A stretch of DNA of 40,698 nucleotides from an uncultured Gammaproteobacteria bacterium (lineage in GTDB: Bacteria; Patescibacteriota; Patescibacteriia; UBA9934), in NCBI GenBank assembly GCA_964491425.1, contig CAZBFR010000001.1, positions 1 to 40,698 on the forward strand. Reading direction: 5' to 3'. The notes below the pieces were generated by a model, which searched no databases, was not told the origin of the DNA, and worked only from the letters and a program-made list of their open reading frames with translations. A program made the translations under genes and the position numbers. Below are positions 9,278 through 17,823 of the stretch, one piece after another (position 1 is the first letter of the stretch; each line of letters starts with the position of its first letter).

Positions 9278-10237
9278 CTTGTGGATAGGGAGGATAATCG
9301 TGAAAATCGTGCCTTTTCCAACCTCACTTTCGACCGTAATTTCGCCGTTTAGGGCGTAGACGCTTTCGCTTACAATCGCGAGTCCGAGCCCGCTTCCGCC
9401 CGTTGCGCGGTTATGGCTTTCGTCCGCGCGATAGAAGCGGTCAAAGATCGACGGCAAGTCTTTTTTTGCGATTCCGATTCCGGTGTCTTTTACGGTAATG
9501 ACGATCGACTTGCGCCCAGCGGTCGCGGAAAGCGCAACGCTTCCTTCCGGTTTATTATAAAGAATCGCGTTTTGGATAAGGTTTGTAAGCGCTTGTGTAA
9601 GGAGTCCCGGGCGCGGTTCGAGAATAAAGAGCGACTCCTCGATCGGTTCGGACGTAAGGGTGATCCGTTGTTTTTCCGCAACTGCTTTAAGACGCGAGAC
9701 GGCATCCTCAACCGTTTTAGCAACGGACACGGGTTTGCGCGTTGTACGTTCCTTCGCGTCTTCGAGCTTTGAAAGCACGAGAAGATTATCGACAAGCGCC
9801 GACATTCGATTTACTTCCTCGAGGTGACTCTCGAGTTTTCGTTTATCCGTGTCGCTTTCCGAAAGACTTTTTTCATGCTCGAGGCTCGTTTTTAGAATTG
9901 CGAGTGGAGTTCGTAGTTCGTGCGAGGCGTAACTTAAGAAGCGTTTTTGCTCATTGTACGCGCGCTCGATTGGTCGCAAAGTCATTCCGGCAAACCAGTA
10001 GCTCGCGATTCCGGCAATGATAAGAAGGAAGAGGTTGACGGTTGTTAAACTCTCCATCATGTCGCGCCTTACGTCGCTCACGATTGGTTTAATTCGAAGC
10101 TCGCCCCCGATAATGACCCCGGTCCACTCAATTTTATCGAAACGGTGGCGGACGCGGTTAAAGAAAATAGATTGCGTCGCCGATAATGAAACGGCAAGAA
10201 TAATCGACAAAATGAAAATATAGGCGCCGGTGAGCAT
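9269..10237 (-). CDS. Sensor histidine kinase
   Basis: Two N-terminal TM helices, H-box YASHELRTPL, N-box LIQNAILYN, G-box GGSGLGLAIV. Start taken at MLTGAYIF; the longer ORF to 10312 overlaps the regulator gene. Confidence 0.85.
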   Translation of the reverse strand: MLTGAYIFILSIILAVSLSATQSIFFNRVRHRFDKIEWTGVIIGGELRIKPIVSDVRRDMMESLTTVNLFLLIIAGIASYWFAGMTLRPIERAYNEQKRFLSYASHELRTPLAILKTSLEHEKSLSESDTDKRKLESHLEEVNRMSALVDNLLVLSKLEDAKERTTRKPVSVAKTVEDAVSRLKAVAEKQRITLTSEPIEESLFILEPRPGLLTQALTNLIQNAILYNKPEGSVALSATAGRKSIVITVKDTGIGIAKKDLPSIFDRFYRADESHNRATGGSGLGLAIVSESVYALNGEITVESEVGKGTIFTIILPIHKPS

Positions 10238-10259
10238 TAAGCGTGAAGAAACGAAGCGG

Positions 10260-10925
10260 TTAGGCGTCGAGCTTGTAGCCCTTGCCCCAAATGGTTTGTA
10301 TGCGTTTGGCATAGGATTTTGGCAGTTTCTTACGAAGGTTTTTTAAATGGACGTCGACGACGTTGCTAAAGGAATCGAACTCGCGGTCCCAAACATGCTC
10401 GAGAATATCTTCGCGCGTTACAACCGTTTGCTTATTGCGGAGGAAATATTCGAGAAGCGCGAATTCGCGGAGGGTGAGCGTTACGGGTTTTCCGTCGACC
10501 GTGACGGTTTGCGCTTTTGGATCGAGCGTTAGGTTGTCGAGCGTAAGAACGGGGGATTCGAGAAGGTGGGGTCGGCGAGTAAGCGACCGGAGGCGGGCGG
10601 AAAGTTCTTCGAGCGAAAACGGTTTTACGAGATAGTCGTCACCTCCCGCGTCGAGTCCTTCGACGATATCCGACTCCTCGCCCTTTGCCGTAAGAAAAAG
10701 AATTGGCGTGGTAATCCCGTGCGCGCGTAGCGCGAGACAAATCGAGAGACCGTCCTTTCCCGGAAGCATACGGTCGAGAATAATTACGTCGTAGGGATTG
10801 ATCCGGGCGAGCGATTCGCCTTCGTTCCCTTCGTGCGCAATATCAATCGCGTGCCCGCGGTGGCGGAGCGCTTCCGCAAGCGTTAACGCTAGCTTTTGCT
10901 CATCTTCGACGAGAAGGAGTTTCAT
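10260..10925 (-). CDS. OmpR/PhoB-family response regulator
   Basis: Receiver domain (MKLLLVEDE, DVIILDRMLPGKDG) plus a winged-helix C-terminus (VVDVHLKNLRKKL...WGKGYKL). Confidence 0.9.
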   Translation of the reverse strand: MKLLLVEDEQKLALTLAEALRHRGHAIDIAHEGNEGESLARINPYDVIILDRMLPGKDGLSICLALRAHGITTPILFLTAKGEESDIVEGLDAGGDDYLVKPFSLEELSARLRSLTRRPHLLESPVLTLDNLTLDPKAQTVTVDGKPVTLTLREFALLEYFLRNKQTVVTREDILEHVWDREFDSFSNVVDVHLKNLRKKLPKSYAKRIQTIWGKGYKLDA

Positions 10926-10943
10926 GGGCCTATCCTAGCCGAA

Positions 10944-10965
10944 AAACAATGAAGAAACAATGAAG
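10944..10965 (-). promoter_or_regulatory. Perfect tandem 11-mers (CTTCATTGTTT x2) upstream of the regulator gene
   Basis: Plus strand AAACAATGAAG occurs at 10944-54 and again at 10955-65. On the minus strand these are followed by TTCGGC-TAGGAT-AGGCCC-ATG, a pho-box-like layout. Confidence 0.45.
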
Positions 10966-11451
10966 TTAGAAAAGAATGACGAGCGTATAGACGAGGAACA
11001 CGGTCGCAAGGAGAATGTTGATTCCCATTCCTACGACAACGGCAATTAAAGAAAACGTTGCGGATCGAAGGGCGGAGAGGTGGTGCTTCATTTGTACGAG
11101 TTCCGCGAGAAGAACGCCGAGGAAGAGGCCGAGGAAAAGACCGAAAGGAGGAAATGAAATAAGCCCAATAATCATTCCGACAAACCCCGAGATCAACGAA
11201 ACTTTGTTTGCTCCCCCGAGTTTTGCGCCGATAAGACCCGAAGAATAGTCGACCGCGATCGACGCGAGCGTAATAAGTCCGAGCGCCAAGAGTTGCCAGC
11301 CGTTAAACGTTTGGTATTTATCCGCAATCGCGTAGACGAGTGTCGAAATAAAGAGGAGCGGGATTCCGGGCATCGTCGGGATCCAGGTCAAAAGCCAGCC
11401 GACAACAAGAATCGGGACGAGGACAGCTTCGGGAGGGATTGTTGGGAACAT
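10966..11451 (-). CDS. DUF456-like small membrane protein
   Basis: Four or five TM helices with a G-rich pattern (LIGAKLGG, GLFLGLFLGVLL). Start at MFPTIPPEA; the alternative ATG at 11472 lies inside the csoR promoter/operator. Confidence 0.6.
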   Translation of the reverse strand: MFPTIPPEAVLVPILVVGWLLTWIPTMPGIPLLFISTLVYAIADKYQTFNGWQLLALGLITLASIAVDYSSGLIGAKLGGANKVSLISGFVGMIIGLISFPPFGLFLGLFLGVLLAELVQMKHHLSALRSATFSLIAVVVGMGINILLATVFLVYTLVILF

Positions 11452-11465
11452 AGTGGATAAGGGTC

Positions 11466-11493
11466 TTGACATACCCCCAGGGGGGTATACGAT
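11466..11493 (+). promoter_or_regulatory. csoR-copA promoter with embedded CsoR-type operator
   Basis: TTGACA (11466-71), 16-nt spacer, TACGAT (11488-93). The spacer is the palindrome ATACCCCC-AG-GGGGGTAT (11471-88). Confidence 0.6.
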
Positions 11494-11500
11494 AGGGGAT

Positions 11501-11773
11501 ATGAAGAAGAAGCCAACAAAGGAAGATGGAATTATTCGGCGGTTGAAGATTCTCGAGGGGCAGGTACGCGGATTGCAAGAAATGGTTGCAAGTGGTGCCT
11601 ACTGTGTAGACATTATCACACAAACCTCGGCTGTAAAAAGCGGACTCTCAAAGTTAGAGGATCTTCTCCTTGAGGGGCACCTCGGACACTGCGTTGTCAA
11701 TCAAGTAAAACGAGGAGAAGAAAAAAATGCGATCGCTGAAATTCTCAAAGTTTATCAACTTAAACGTAAATAA
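11501..11773 (+). CDS. csoR: CsoR/RcnR-family metal-sensing repressor
   Basis: IIRRLKILEGQVRGLQEMV, then a C..H..C arrangement (AYCVDIITQ ... GHLGHCV). Directly precedes copA. Confidence 0.85.
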   Translation: MKKKPTKEDGIIRRLKILEGQVRGLQEMVASGAYCVDIITQTSAVKSGLSKLEDLLLEGHLGHCVVNQVKRGEEKNAIAEILKVYQLKRK

Positions 11774-11774
11774 T

Positions 11775-13949
11775 ATGAAGACAACAACACTTGGGATTAA
11801 GGGAATGCACTGTGCGTCCTGTGTTCTTACGCTCGAGAAGGCGCTTAAGGCGGTTCCGGGCGTGAAAGAGGCTCGGGTAAATTTCGCGAGCGAGAAGGCG
11901 ACGGTCGAGTCGGAGGAGCACCTTGAACATGGCGCGATCCAGTCGGCGGTAGAGAAGGCGGGATACGGGGTCGTAAAGGAGGAGCCGGAGGGTCATCCCT
12001 CTAAACATGAGCACGGTTCAGGCAATGTTGACGCGCTTAGTCTGTCGGTACGGATCTCTATTCCAATCGTTGTTAGCACGATTCTTCTCATGGCCTACGA
12101 GATGGCGAGTCGGGTAGGTTGGGTTCCTATGATGGGAGAGCGAGTTGAAGATTTTTTCCATCATCTTCTCCCTGTTTTTGCAACGTACATGCTCTTTGCG
12201 GTTGGGGCGCCCTATTTACGGGGGCTCGCGCGTTTTGTGCGGACGGGAAGGGCGGATATGGACGCGCTCGTTGGGCTTGGAACGCTTACGGCGTTTATTT
12301 ATAGCTTCTTTGTATCGGTGTTTGTTGAGGCGGGCATGTTTTATTACGACGTAACGATTGTTGTTGTCGGATTTATTACGTTTGGAAAGTATCTCGAGGC
12401 GAAGTCAAAGAAAAAAACGGGAGAGGCAATGCGATCCCTTTTGACGCTCCAGGCTAAAACAGCCGTTGTACAAAGGGATGGGAAAGAAGTAACCGTTCCG
12501 ATTGCCGATGTACGAAAGGGAGATCTTATCATTGTAAAACCGGGTCAAAGAATTCCGGTCGACGGAATTGTTGCCGAAGGGATCGCCGTCGTTGACGAAT
12601 CGACGTTAACGGGAGAGGCGATTCCGCAAGAGCGCGAGGTGGGCGCGGTGGTTCGAGCGGGGACGGTTTGTACGACTTCGGCGTTTACTATGACGGCGGT
12701 TGGAGTTGGTAGCGACACGCTTCTTGCGCGAATTATCGCGCTTGTCGAATCGGCACAGGGTTCGAAGGCTCCGCTTGAGCGTCTCGCGGATCGTGTCGCG
12801 TCGGTTTTTGTTCCGGCCGTTCTCGTTATTGCGTTTATTACATTCTTCGTTTGGTTGTTCTTTGGAACGTTCGCGCAGGCACTCGTCGCGTTTGTAAGTG
12901 TGCTTGTAATTGCTTGTCCTTGCGCGCTCGGTCTTGCCGTTCCAACGGCGATGATTGTTGGAGTCGGACGTGGGGCAAAGCGAGGAATTTTAATTAAGAA
13001 TGCGGAGGCGCTCGAGTCACTCGCGAAGGTAAACGCGCTCGTCTTTGATAAGACGGGAACGCTGACCGAAGGAAAGGCGGAGGTTGTTTCCGAGAAACTT
13101 CTCGCGGATAAGGAGCAGGTGTATCGAACACTTCTTGCGATTGAATCCCTTTCCGATCACCCGATTGCCGAGGCGATCGTCCGATTTGTCGAGTCGAAGG
13201 GAGCTCAAAAGACGAAGGCTTCGGGACTTGTAAATACTCCGGGCGTGGGTGTTTCCGCGGAGGTTAAGGGGGTAATGTACTTTGTTGGTGGATCGGCGCT
13301 CCTTGCGTCACTTCGTCTCAAGGACGACGAAGAGGTCGAGGGCGCTGTCGTCTATCTTGCAACAAAAACCGAGATCCTTGCTCGATTCACGCTACAAGAT
13401 ACGATAAAGGTTGGCGCGAAAGAAGCGATTCTACGTCTTAAGAAAATCGGGATGCGTCTTGTTCTTGCGAGTGGAGACCGAGACGAGGTTGCGCAAAAAA
13501 TTGCCGCGGAACTCGGGATCTCCGAGGTACTATCGAGCGTTCTTCCGGACGCGAAGGCCGAAAAAATTCGCGCACTCCAAAAAGAGGGGCTTCGTGTCGC
13601 AATGGTTGGAGATGGAGTGAACGACGCGCCGGCACTTGCGGTGGCTGACGTTTCAATTGCGATGGCCACGGGTTCGGATATCTCCATTGAAGCGAGTGAC
13701 CTTATTCTTCTTAACGGTGATATTGCAAAAATTACGGAGGCGCTTACGCTCGCTAGAGCGACACGGTCGCTTATGAAGCAAAATCTGTTTTGGGCCTTTG
13801 CGTATAATACAATCGGTATTCCGGTTGCGGCGGGTGTTCTCTATCCGGTCTTTGGCATTCTCCTTTCGCCGATTCTTGCGGGACTCGCTATGGCACTTTC
13901 AAGCATTTCGGTTGTTCTCAATAGTTTGAGGTTAAGTTATAAACGCTAA
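11775..13949 (+). CDS. copA: Copper-translocating P1B-type ATPase
   Basis: N-terminal HMA domain GMHCASC, CPC in the TM helix (ACPCALG), DKTGTLT, GDGVNDAP. Confidence 0.95.
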   Translation: MKTTTLGIKGMHCASCVLTLEKALKAVPGVKEARVNFASEKATVESEEHLEHGAIQSAVEKAGYGVVKEEPEGHPSKHEHGSGNVDALSLSVRISIPIVVSTILLMAYEMASRVGWVPMMGERVEDFFHHLLPVFATYMLFAVGAPYLRGLARFVRTGRADMDALVGLGTLTAFIYSFFVSVFVEAGMFYYDVTIVVVGFITFGKYLEAKSKKKTGEAMRSLLTLQAKTAVVQRDGKEVTVPIADVRKGDLIIVKPGQRIPVDGIVAEGIAVVDESTLTGEAIPQEREVGAVVRAGTVCTTSAFTMTAVGVGSDTLLARIIALVESAQGSKAPLERLADRVASVFVPAVLVIAFITFFVWLFFGTFAQALVAFVSVLVIACPCALGLAVPTAMIVGVGRGAKRGILIKNAEALESLAKVNALVFDKTGTLTEGKAEVVSEKLLADKEQVYRTLLAIESLSDHPIAEAIVRFVESKGAQKTKASGLVNTPGVGVSAEVKGVMYFVGGSALLASLRLKDDEEVEGAVVYLATKTEILARFTLQDTIKVGAKEAILRLKKIGMRLVLASGDRDEVAQKIAAELGISEVLSSVLPDAKAEKIRALQKEGLRVAMVGDGVNDAPALAVADVSIAMATGSDISIEASDLILLNGDIAKITEALTLARATRSLMKQNLFWAFAYNTIGIPVAAGVLYPVFGILLSPILAGLAMALSSISVVLNSLRLSYKR

Positions 13950-13950
13950 T

Positions 13951-14919
13951 ATGAAAAAGGTTCTTTCGGTTCAGGGGATGCACTGTGCTTCTTGTGAGAT
14001 CGTTATTACAGACGCTGTGCGAGATTATCGCGCAAGTCTTTGCCCGGACGTCTCCCTAAAGCAAAAAACAATCACGGTCGAGATTGAAAACGAAGATGAA
14101 TTAAAGAAGCTTGAGGCGGATCTCGCACCAATTCTCGAAAAGTTTGGATATAGAATTGGAACCGCTCCGCGATCCTCGTCGGATCTTTTCGGAGCATTCC
14201 TTCTCGCGGTGATTGTCCTTGGTCTCTTCGCACTATTACAAAAAGCTGGAGTTTTTTCCGGGGTTTCTCTCGAGGAGATGAATTATCTTACGGCGTTTAT
14301 CGTAGGAGTGATCGCCTCGTTCTCGACATGTCTCGTTGTTGTCGGGGGCTTTGTCCTTGCACTTTCCGCCGAAGCGTCGACAATCGGTGTACGAACACGG
14401 TCGATTGCCCTATTTCACCTTAGCCGTCTCGCCTCGTTTACGCTCCTTGGCGGACTTCTCGGACTTATCTCAAAATCGATACAGCTCTCCGCGACGGGGG
14501 CCGTCGTTTTACAAGTAATCGTTGCGCTTGTCCTTCTCCTTCTCGGACTCAATCTTCTCTCCGTTACGACAAAGGCGATTCGTTTTCCGGCTCGAATAAA
14601 GAAGGCGTTTGACGGATCTCGTTTCGCGGTCGGAACGTTCGCACCGATAGCGTTTGGCGCCGTAACGTTCTTCCTCCCGTGCGGATTTACCCAATCTATG
14701 CAGGTCTATACGCTCACAACGGGAAGCTTTGTCGCCGGAGCGCTTACGATGCTTTCGTTCGCGCTTGGAACCCTTCCGGTCCTTCTCGCGCTCTCTTACG
14801 GCGGGTACCAACTCGTGCAATCAAAACGCAAGCAGTTCTTTTATCAGGCGATTGGGTTTATTATTATAGGGTTCGCATTATTCACTCTTGTAAGCGCGGT
14901 TCGATTCTTCTTCCTATGA
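13951..14919 (+). CDS. HMA-domain fusion to a polytopic membrane protein (TauE/SafE- or DsbD_2-like)
   Basis: N-terminal GMHCASC ferredoxin-like domain, then about 6 TM helices containing FLPCGFTQSMQ. TAA-T-ATG junction with copA. Confidence 0.65.
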   Translation: MKKVLSVQGMHCASCEIVITDAVRDYRASLCPDVSLKQKTITVEIENEDELKKLEADLAPILEKFGYRIGTAPRSSSDLFGAFLLAVIVLGLFALLQKAGVFSGVSLEEMNYLTAFIVGVIASFSTCLVVVGGFVLALSAEASTIGVRTRSIALFHLSRLASFTLLGGLLGLISKSIQLSATGAVVLQVIVALVLLLLGLNLLSVTTKAIRFPARIKKAFDGSRFAVGTFAPIAFGAVTFFLPCGFTQSMQVYTLTTGSFVAGALTMLSFALGTLPVLLALSYGGYQLVQSKRKQFFYQAIGFIIIGFALFTLVSAVRFFFL

Positions 14920-15302
14920 AAAATGCTCTCTATTTTTTAGCGGTGATCGTAGTAGTTCTTCTTGCGGTGTTTCTTGGGAGGTCGAAGGCGCCTGTTGAAA
15001 CCGGATCTTCGGTTGTGATTGAAAACGGTGTGCAAACGATTTTTCTTACCGCGAAAGAAGGGTATTCGCCACAGGCGATCGTTGCAACGAGCGGAATTCC
15101 GACAAACCTCGTCGTCAAAACGCGTGGTACGTACGATTGTTCGGCGAGTCTTGTAATCCCGAAACTCCGAACGCAAATGATTCTTCCTCCTGTTGGAGAG
15201 ACGGTTATTCCAATTCCTGAAACTCAAACCTATGGAACGCTCGACGGAGCGTGTAGCATGGGAATGTACCGATTCTCAATCGATTTTACGGCGTCATCGT
15301 AA
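14916..15302 (+). CDS. Membrane-anchored cupredoxin-like protein
   Basis: Start MKNALYF overlaps the upstream stop (ATGA). One TM anchor, then a beta-rich domain with Cys residues (TYDCSAS, GACSMGMY), as in cupredoxin_1-type partners of copper operons. Confidence 0.5.
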   Translation: MKNALYFLAVIVVVLLAVFLGRSKAPVETGSSVVIENGVQTIFLTAKEGYSPQAIVATSGIPTNLVVKTRGTYDCSASLVIPKLRTQMILPPVGETVIPIPETQTYGTLDGACSMGMYRFSIDFTASS

Positions 15303-16022
15303 ATATCCGGCGATCACGTTTGGAACGTCTGCGGAATAAATATCGAAGTCACCGTTCTTCCTCGTGAGCGAAAGGCCGGTCGACGGACCACCGTCGAGAT
15401 TTCCGGCAATAGAAAATTCTTCCGGTTGAATCGAGAGCCACTGCGCCATCTCAAAAAGCGACACTTCTCCGCGTTTAGTTAAAATGACATAATCCCGGCC
15501 ATTTTTATCCTCCGCAAGAATCGTACGGGAAGCGTAACGGCGAGAGTCTTCGGCGATTAAATTCTCACCATTGTAAAGAAGTGTTGGAAACGAAAGAAGT
15601 GCGTCAACGACCGGTTCGGTTTGTGGTTCTTTTGGGAGATAGGAGAGCTCGAGCCCTGTTTGGGTTACTTCGACGAGGAATGTGTAGCTCGCTGTATCTT
15701 CTTGCTGGTTTGGGGACGGCCAGGGCGTCGTTCCCGTCGTTCCATCGTTTTTTAAATATCCGGTCGGCTGTTCTTCGTCGTCAAAGTAAGAGCCGTTAAA
15801 AACAAGGGTTGCGTTAAGGGCGTCCTTCCATTCTTTTACGGATTTTGGTTTTGTTGGATCATTTTCGAGCGCGAATTCGTTCGCGTATTTATAAAGAGGC
15901 ACGACCGTAAATACAACCGTACGATCGCCGAACGTCATTTTTCGTTGGTCGAGCGGTTTAGGGAGCGCGATTACGTAGAGAATTGCGAATGCAACCGGGA
16001 GAATGACAAGAAATTTTTTCAT
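15294..16022 (-). CDS. Phosphodiester glycosidase family protein (DUF2233/NAGPA-like), exported
   Basis: Signal/anchor MKKFLVILPVAFAILYVIA, plus FNGSYFDDEEQPTGY and AGNLDGGPSTGL blocks typical of the family. Confidence 0.6.
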   Translation of the reverse strand: MKKFLVILPVAFAILYVIALPKPLDQRKMTFGDRTVVFTVVPLYKYANEFALENDPTKPKSVKEWKDALNATLVFNGSYFDDEEQPTGYLKNDGTTGTTPWPSPNQQEDTASYTFLVEVTQTGLELSYLPKEPQTEPVVDALLSFPTLLYNGENLIAEDSRRYASRTILAEDKNGRDYVILTKRGEVSLFEMAQWLSIQPEEFSIAGNLDGGPSTGLSLTRKNGDFDIYSADVPNVIAGYLR

Positions 16023-16030
16023 GAAAACGA

Positions 16031-16282
16031 TTATCGTTTAGTACGATACGTTGTATCCGATCTTTTTTCCAGTATTAAAATTTGATTTGTATGATCCGTC
16101 AGATGCTTGAAGATGATTCTGTGTTGACCTACCCGCACTCGGAATACGTCGTTTCGTCCGGCAAGTTTACGTACATCGAGTCCATCGATAGTATTGTTGA
16201 CAATCCGTTCGATTATTTCGGTGAGCTTTCTTCGCTGCTTTTCTTCAAGTTTTTTCAGAACCTTTTTGATCCGGTCGACCAT
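16031..16282 (-). CDS. RelE/ParE-family type II toxin
   Basis: 83 aa with FRVRVGQHRIIFK...ILILEKRSDTTY, the core pattern of RelE/ParE toxins. Starts 2 nt after the upstream small gene. Confidence 0.65.
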   Translation of the reverse strand: MVDRIKKVLKKLEEKQRRKLTEIIERIVNNTIDGLDVRKLAGRNDVFRVRVGQHRIIFKHLTDHTNQILILEKRSDTTYRTKR

Positions 16283-16284
16283 AC

Positions 16285-16506
16285 CTAGAGCGATTTCAAA
16301 ATCGCAAGGAGTTCAGTTGCGGGAATACCGCCTCTCTTCAGTTTTGTAAAATCGATAACTGTTTCCCATCCATCTTCTTCGACGGGAGCGATGCGAAAAA
16401 TAGGTTTTGATTTACGCATCACGACAAAACTATCGCCCTTTGCGACGCGCCTTTCGTATTTCGCGACATTTTCACGAAGATCTTTTAGATGAATTCGGTT
16501 GTCCAT
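16285..16506 (-). CDS. Putative antitoxin (Phd/YefM-like N-terminus)
   Basis: 73 aa directly upstream of the toxin. The FVVMRKSKPIFRIAPV strand pattern resembles Phd/YefM antitoxins. Confidence 0.5.
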   Translation of the reverse strand: MDNRIHLKDLRENVAKYERRVAKGDSFVVMRKSKPIFRIAPVEEDGWETVIDFTKLKRGGIPATELLAILKSL

Positions 16507-16526
16507 AAGATTATCTTAAGATTATC
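16507..16526 (-). promoter_or_regulatory. Candidate TA operator: AAGATTATC repeated at 11-bp phase
   Basis: Copies at 16507-15 and 16518-26 abut the antitoxin ATG. They contain the 10-bp palindrome ATCTTAAGAT and GATAAT -10-like hexamers on the minus strand. Confidence 0.3.
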
Positions 16527-16536
16527 ATTTATGTGA

Positions 16537-17274
16537 TCACTTACGCAAGAGACAGACGAGGTGTGGACGAAAAAGGCCAAAGGGAAGTTTTGCGAGAAGT
16601 GAGGAGAGGTGATAGGTTGTAGAGCCAAACGAAGTATACGACGGATCCGGGTTTGCAAGAAGAAATTCGACGCGTAGGCCTGCTCGATTCGCAAAACGAC
16701 GGATTGCTCGGCGCGAGTTTGCGCGATAGTAGACGGGAAAGACGTCGTCCGCATCGCGAGCGTAGAGAAGTTTTAGAAGAATGTTTGCGATCCCTTGCGT
16801 CATTAGTCGGCGTAGAATGATAAGAAAACTATTTTTGTTCGGAGTAACAAAGGCGAAGGTTCCGCCGGGTTTAAGAACTCTCGCGATTTCGCGGAGTGTC
16901 ACTTCGGGAGCTTTAACGTGCTCAAAAACCCAAAGTGAAACGACGAGATCGAACCGAGCGTCGGGAAAGGGAAGAAGTTCATCTCTTGAAATCACGACCT
17001 GATTAACGGAAATATTTCCGTCCACTGCCGAGGGATCGAGATCGAGGCCGACGGTTTCCGAAAACACAGAACGAAGTTCATCGATAACGAAATTTCCACG
17101 GCCACACCCGTAGTCGAGCACGACCGCGTTTTTAAGCCCGAGCCCCCCGACTTTGTCGCGAAGGAGGACCATAGAATCGTCCCAAAGAGGATTTTCCTCT
17201 TTAAAACGGCGCTTATATTCGAGCTGTCGGCGTTCTTTTGGGTGGAGGTCTGTGTACTCGGAGATATACGGCAT
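16537..17274 (-). CDS. Class I SAM-dependent methyltransferase (Methyltransf_11-like)
   Basis: VLDYGCGRGNF motif I and LKPGGTFAFV. Start set at ATG 17274 (MPYISEY); the track ORF begins at a TTG at 17358 and overlaps the divergent ORF. Confidence 0.75.
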   Translation of the reverse strand: MPYISEYTDLHPKERRQLEYKRRFKEENPLWDDSMVLLRDKVGGLGLKNAVVLDYGCGRGNFVIDELRSVFSETVGLDLDPSAVDGNISVNQVVISRDELLPFPDARFDLVVSLWVFEHVKAPEVTLREIARVLKPGGTFAFVTPNKNSFLIILRRLMTQGIANILLKLLYARDADDVFPVYYRANSRRAIRRFANRAGLRVEFLLANPDPSYTSFGSTTYHLSSLLAKLPFGLFRPHLVCLLRK

Positions 17275-17309
17275 ATCGGGGAGGATAGCATTTTGGTATA
17301 CTTCTGGAT

Positions 17310-17780
17310 ATGGTGCGAGAATTACGTGGAGGGGGAGAAGTGCATTTTGACGGGGCAATTAAAAAGCTTCCGGAGAGCGCGGTTCGGCCGATCGAGCTGG
17401 CCGACAAGGGTTTGGATTATGCGGATATTCTTACGGATTTCGGCGGACGCAACGCGGTGTTTCAAGATTTGAGTAGTCGGGAAGAGCAGAATTATCTTGA
17501 GAGGGCACGGTCTGTAGAGGCAACGGAACAGTTGATGGTAAAGCTTCTCGAGGAAGCGTATAGCTCTGCCGATGTGCTCCTCACAATCCCCACGCGTGAA
17601 AAGCTCGAAAATGCCGTTTTACAAAAGGGCCAACTCGAGACCCTGCGAAAACTGAGTGAGCATGAACTCCGAAGATATGCCGAGAAACTTACGGCAATCT
17701 GGGGACAAAAGCAAAAAATTTGGGAACGGGCGGAAAAAGTTGGGAAAAATGAAGAAGAAATTCGACTTGCGGCAAAGTAA
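17310..17780 (+). CDS. Hypothetical helical protein
   Basis: 156-aa ORF with ordinary amino-acid composition that fills the gap. No motif recognised. Confidence 0.4.
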   Translation: MVRELRGGGEVHFDGAIKKLPESAVRPIELADKGLDYADILTDFGGRNAVFQDLSSREEQNYLERARSVEATEQLMVKLLEEAYSSADVLLTIPTREKLENAVLQKGQLETLRKLSEHELRRYAEKLTAIWGQKQKIWERAEKVGKNEEEIRLAAK

Positions 17781-17823
17781 GACGAGGGAACCTTTCGATT
17801 CCCCCGTTCACGGGCGACGTTTA

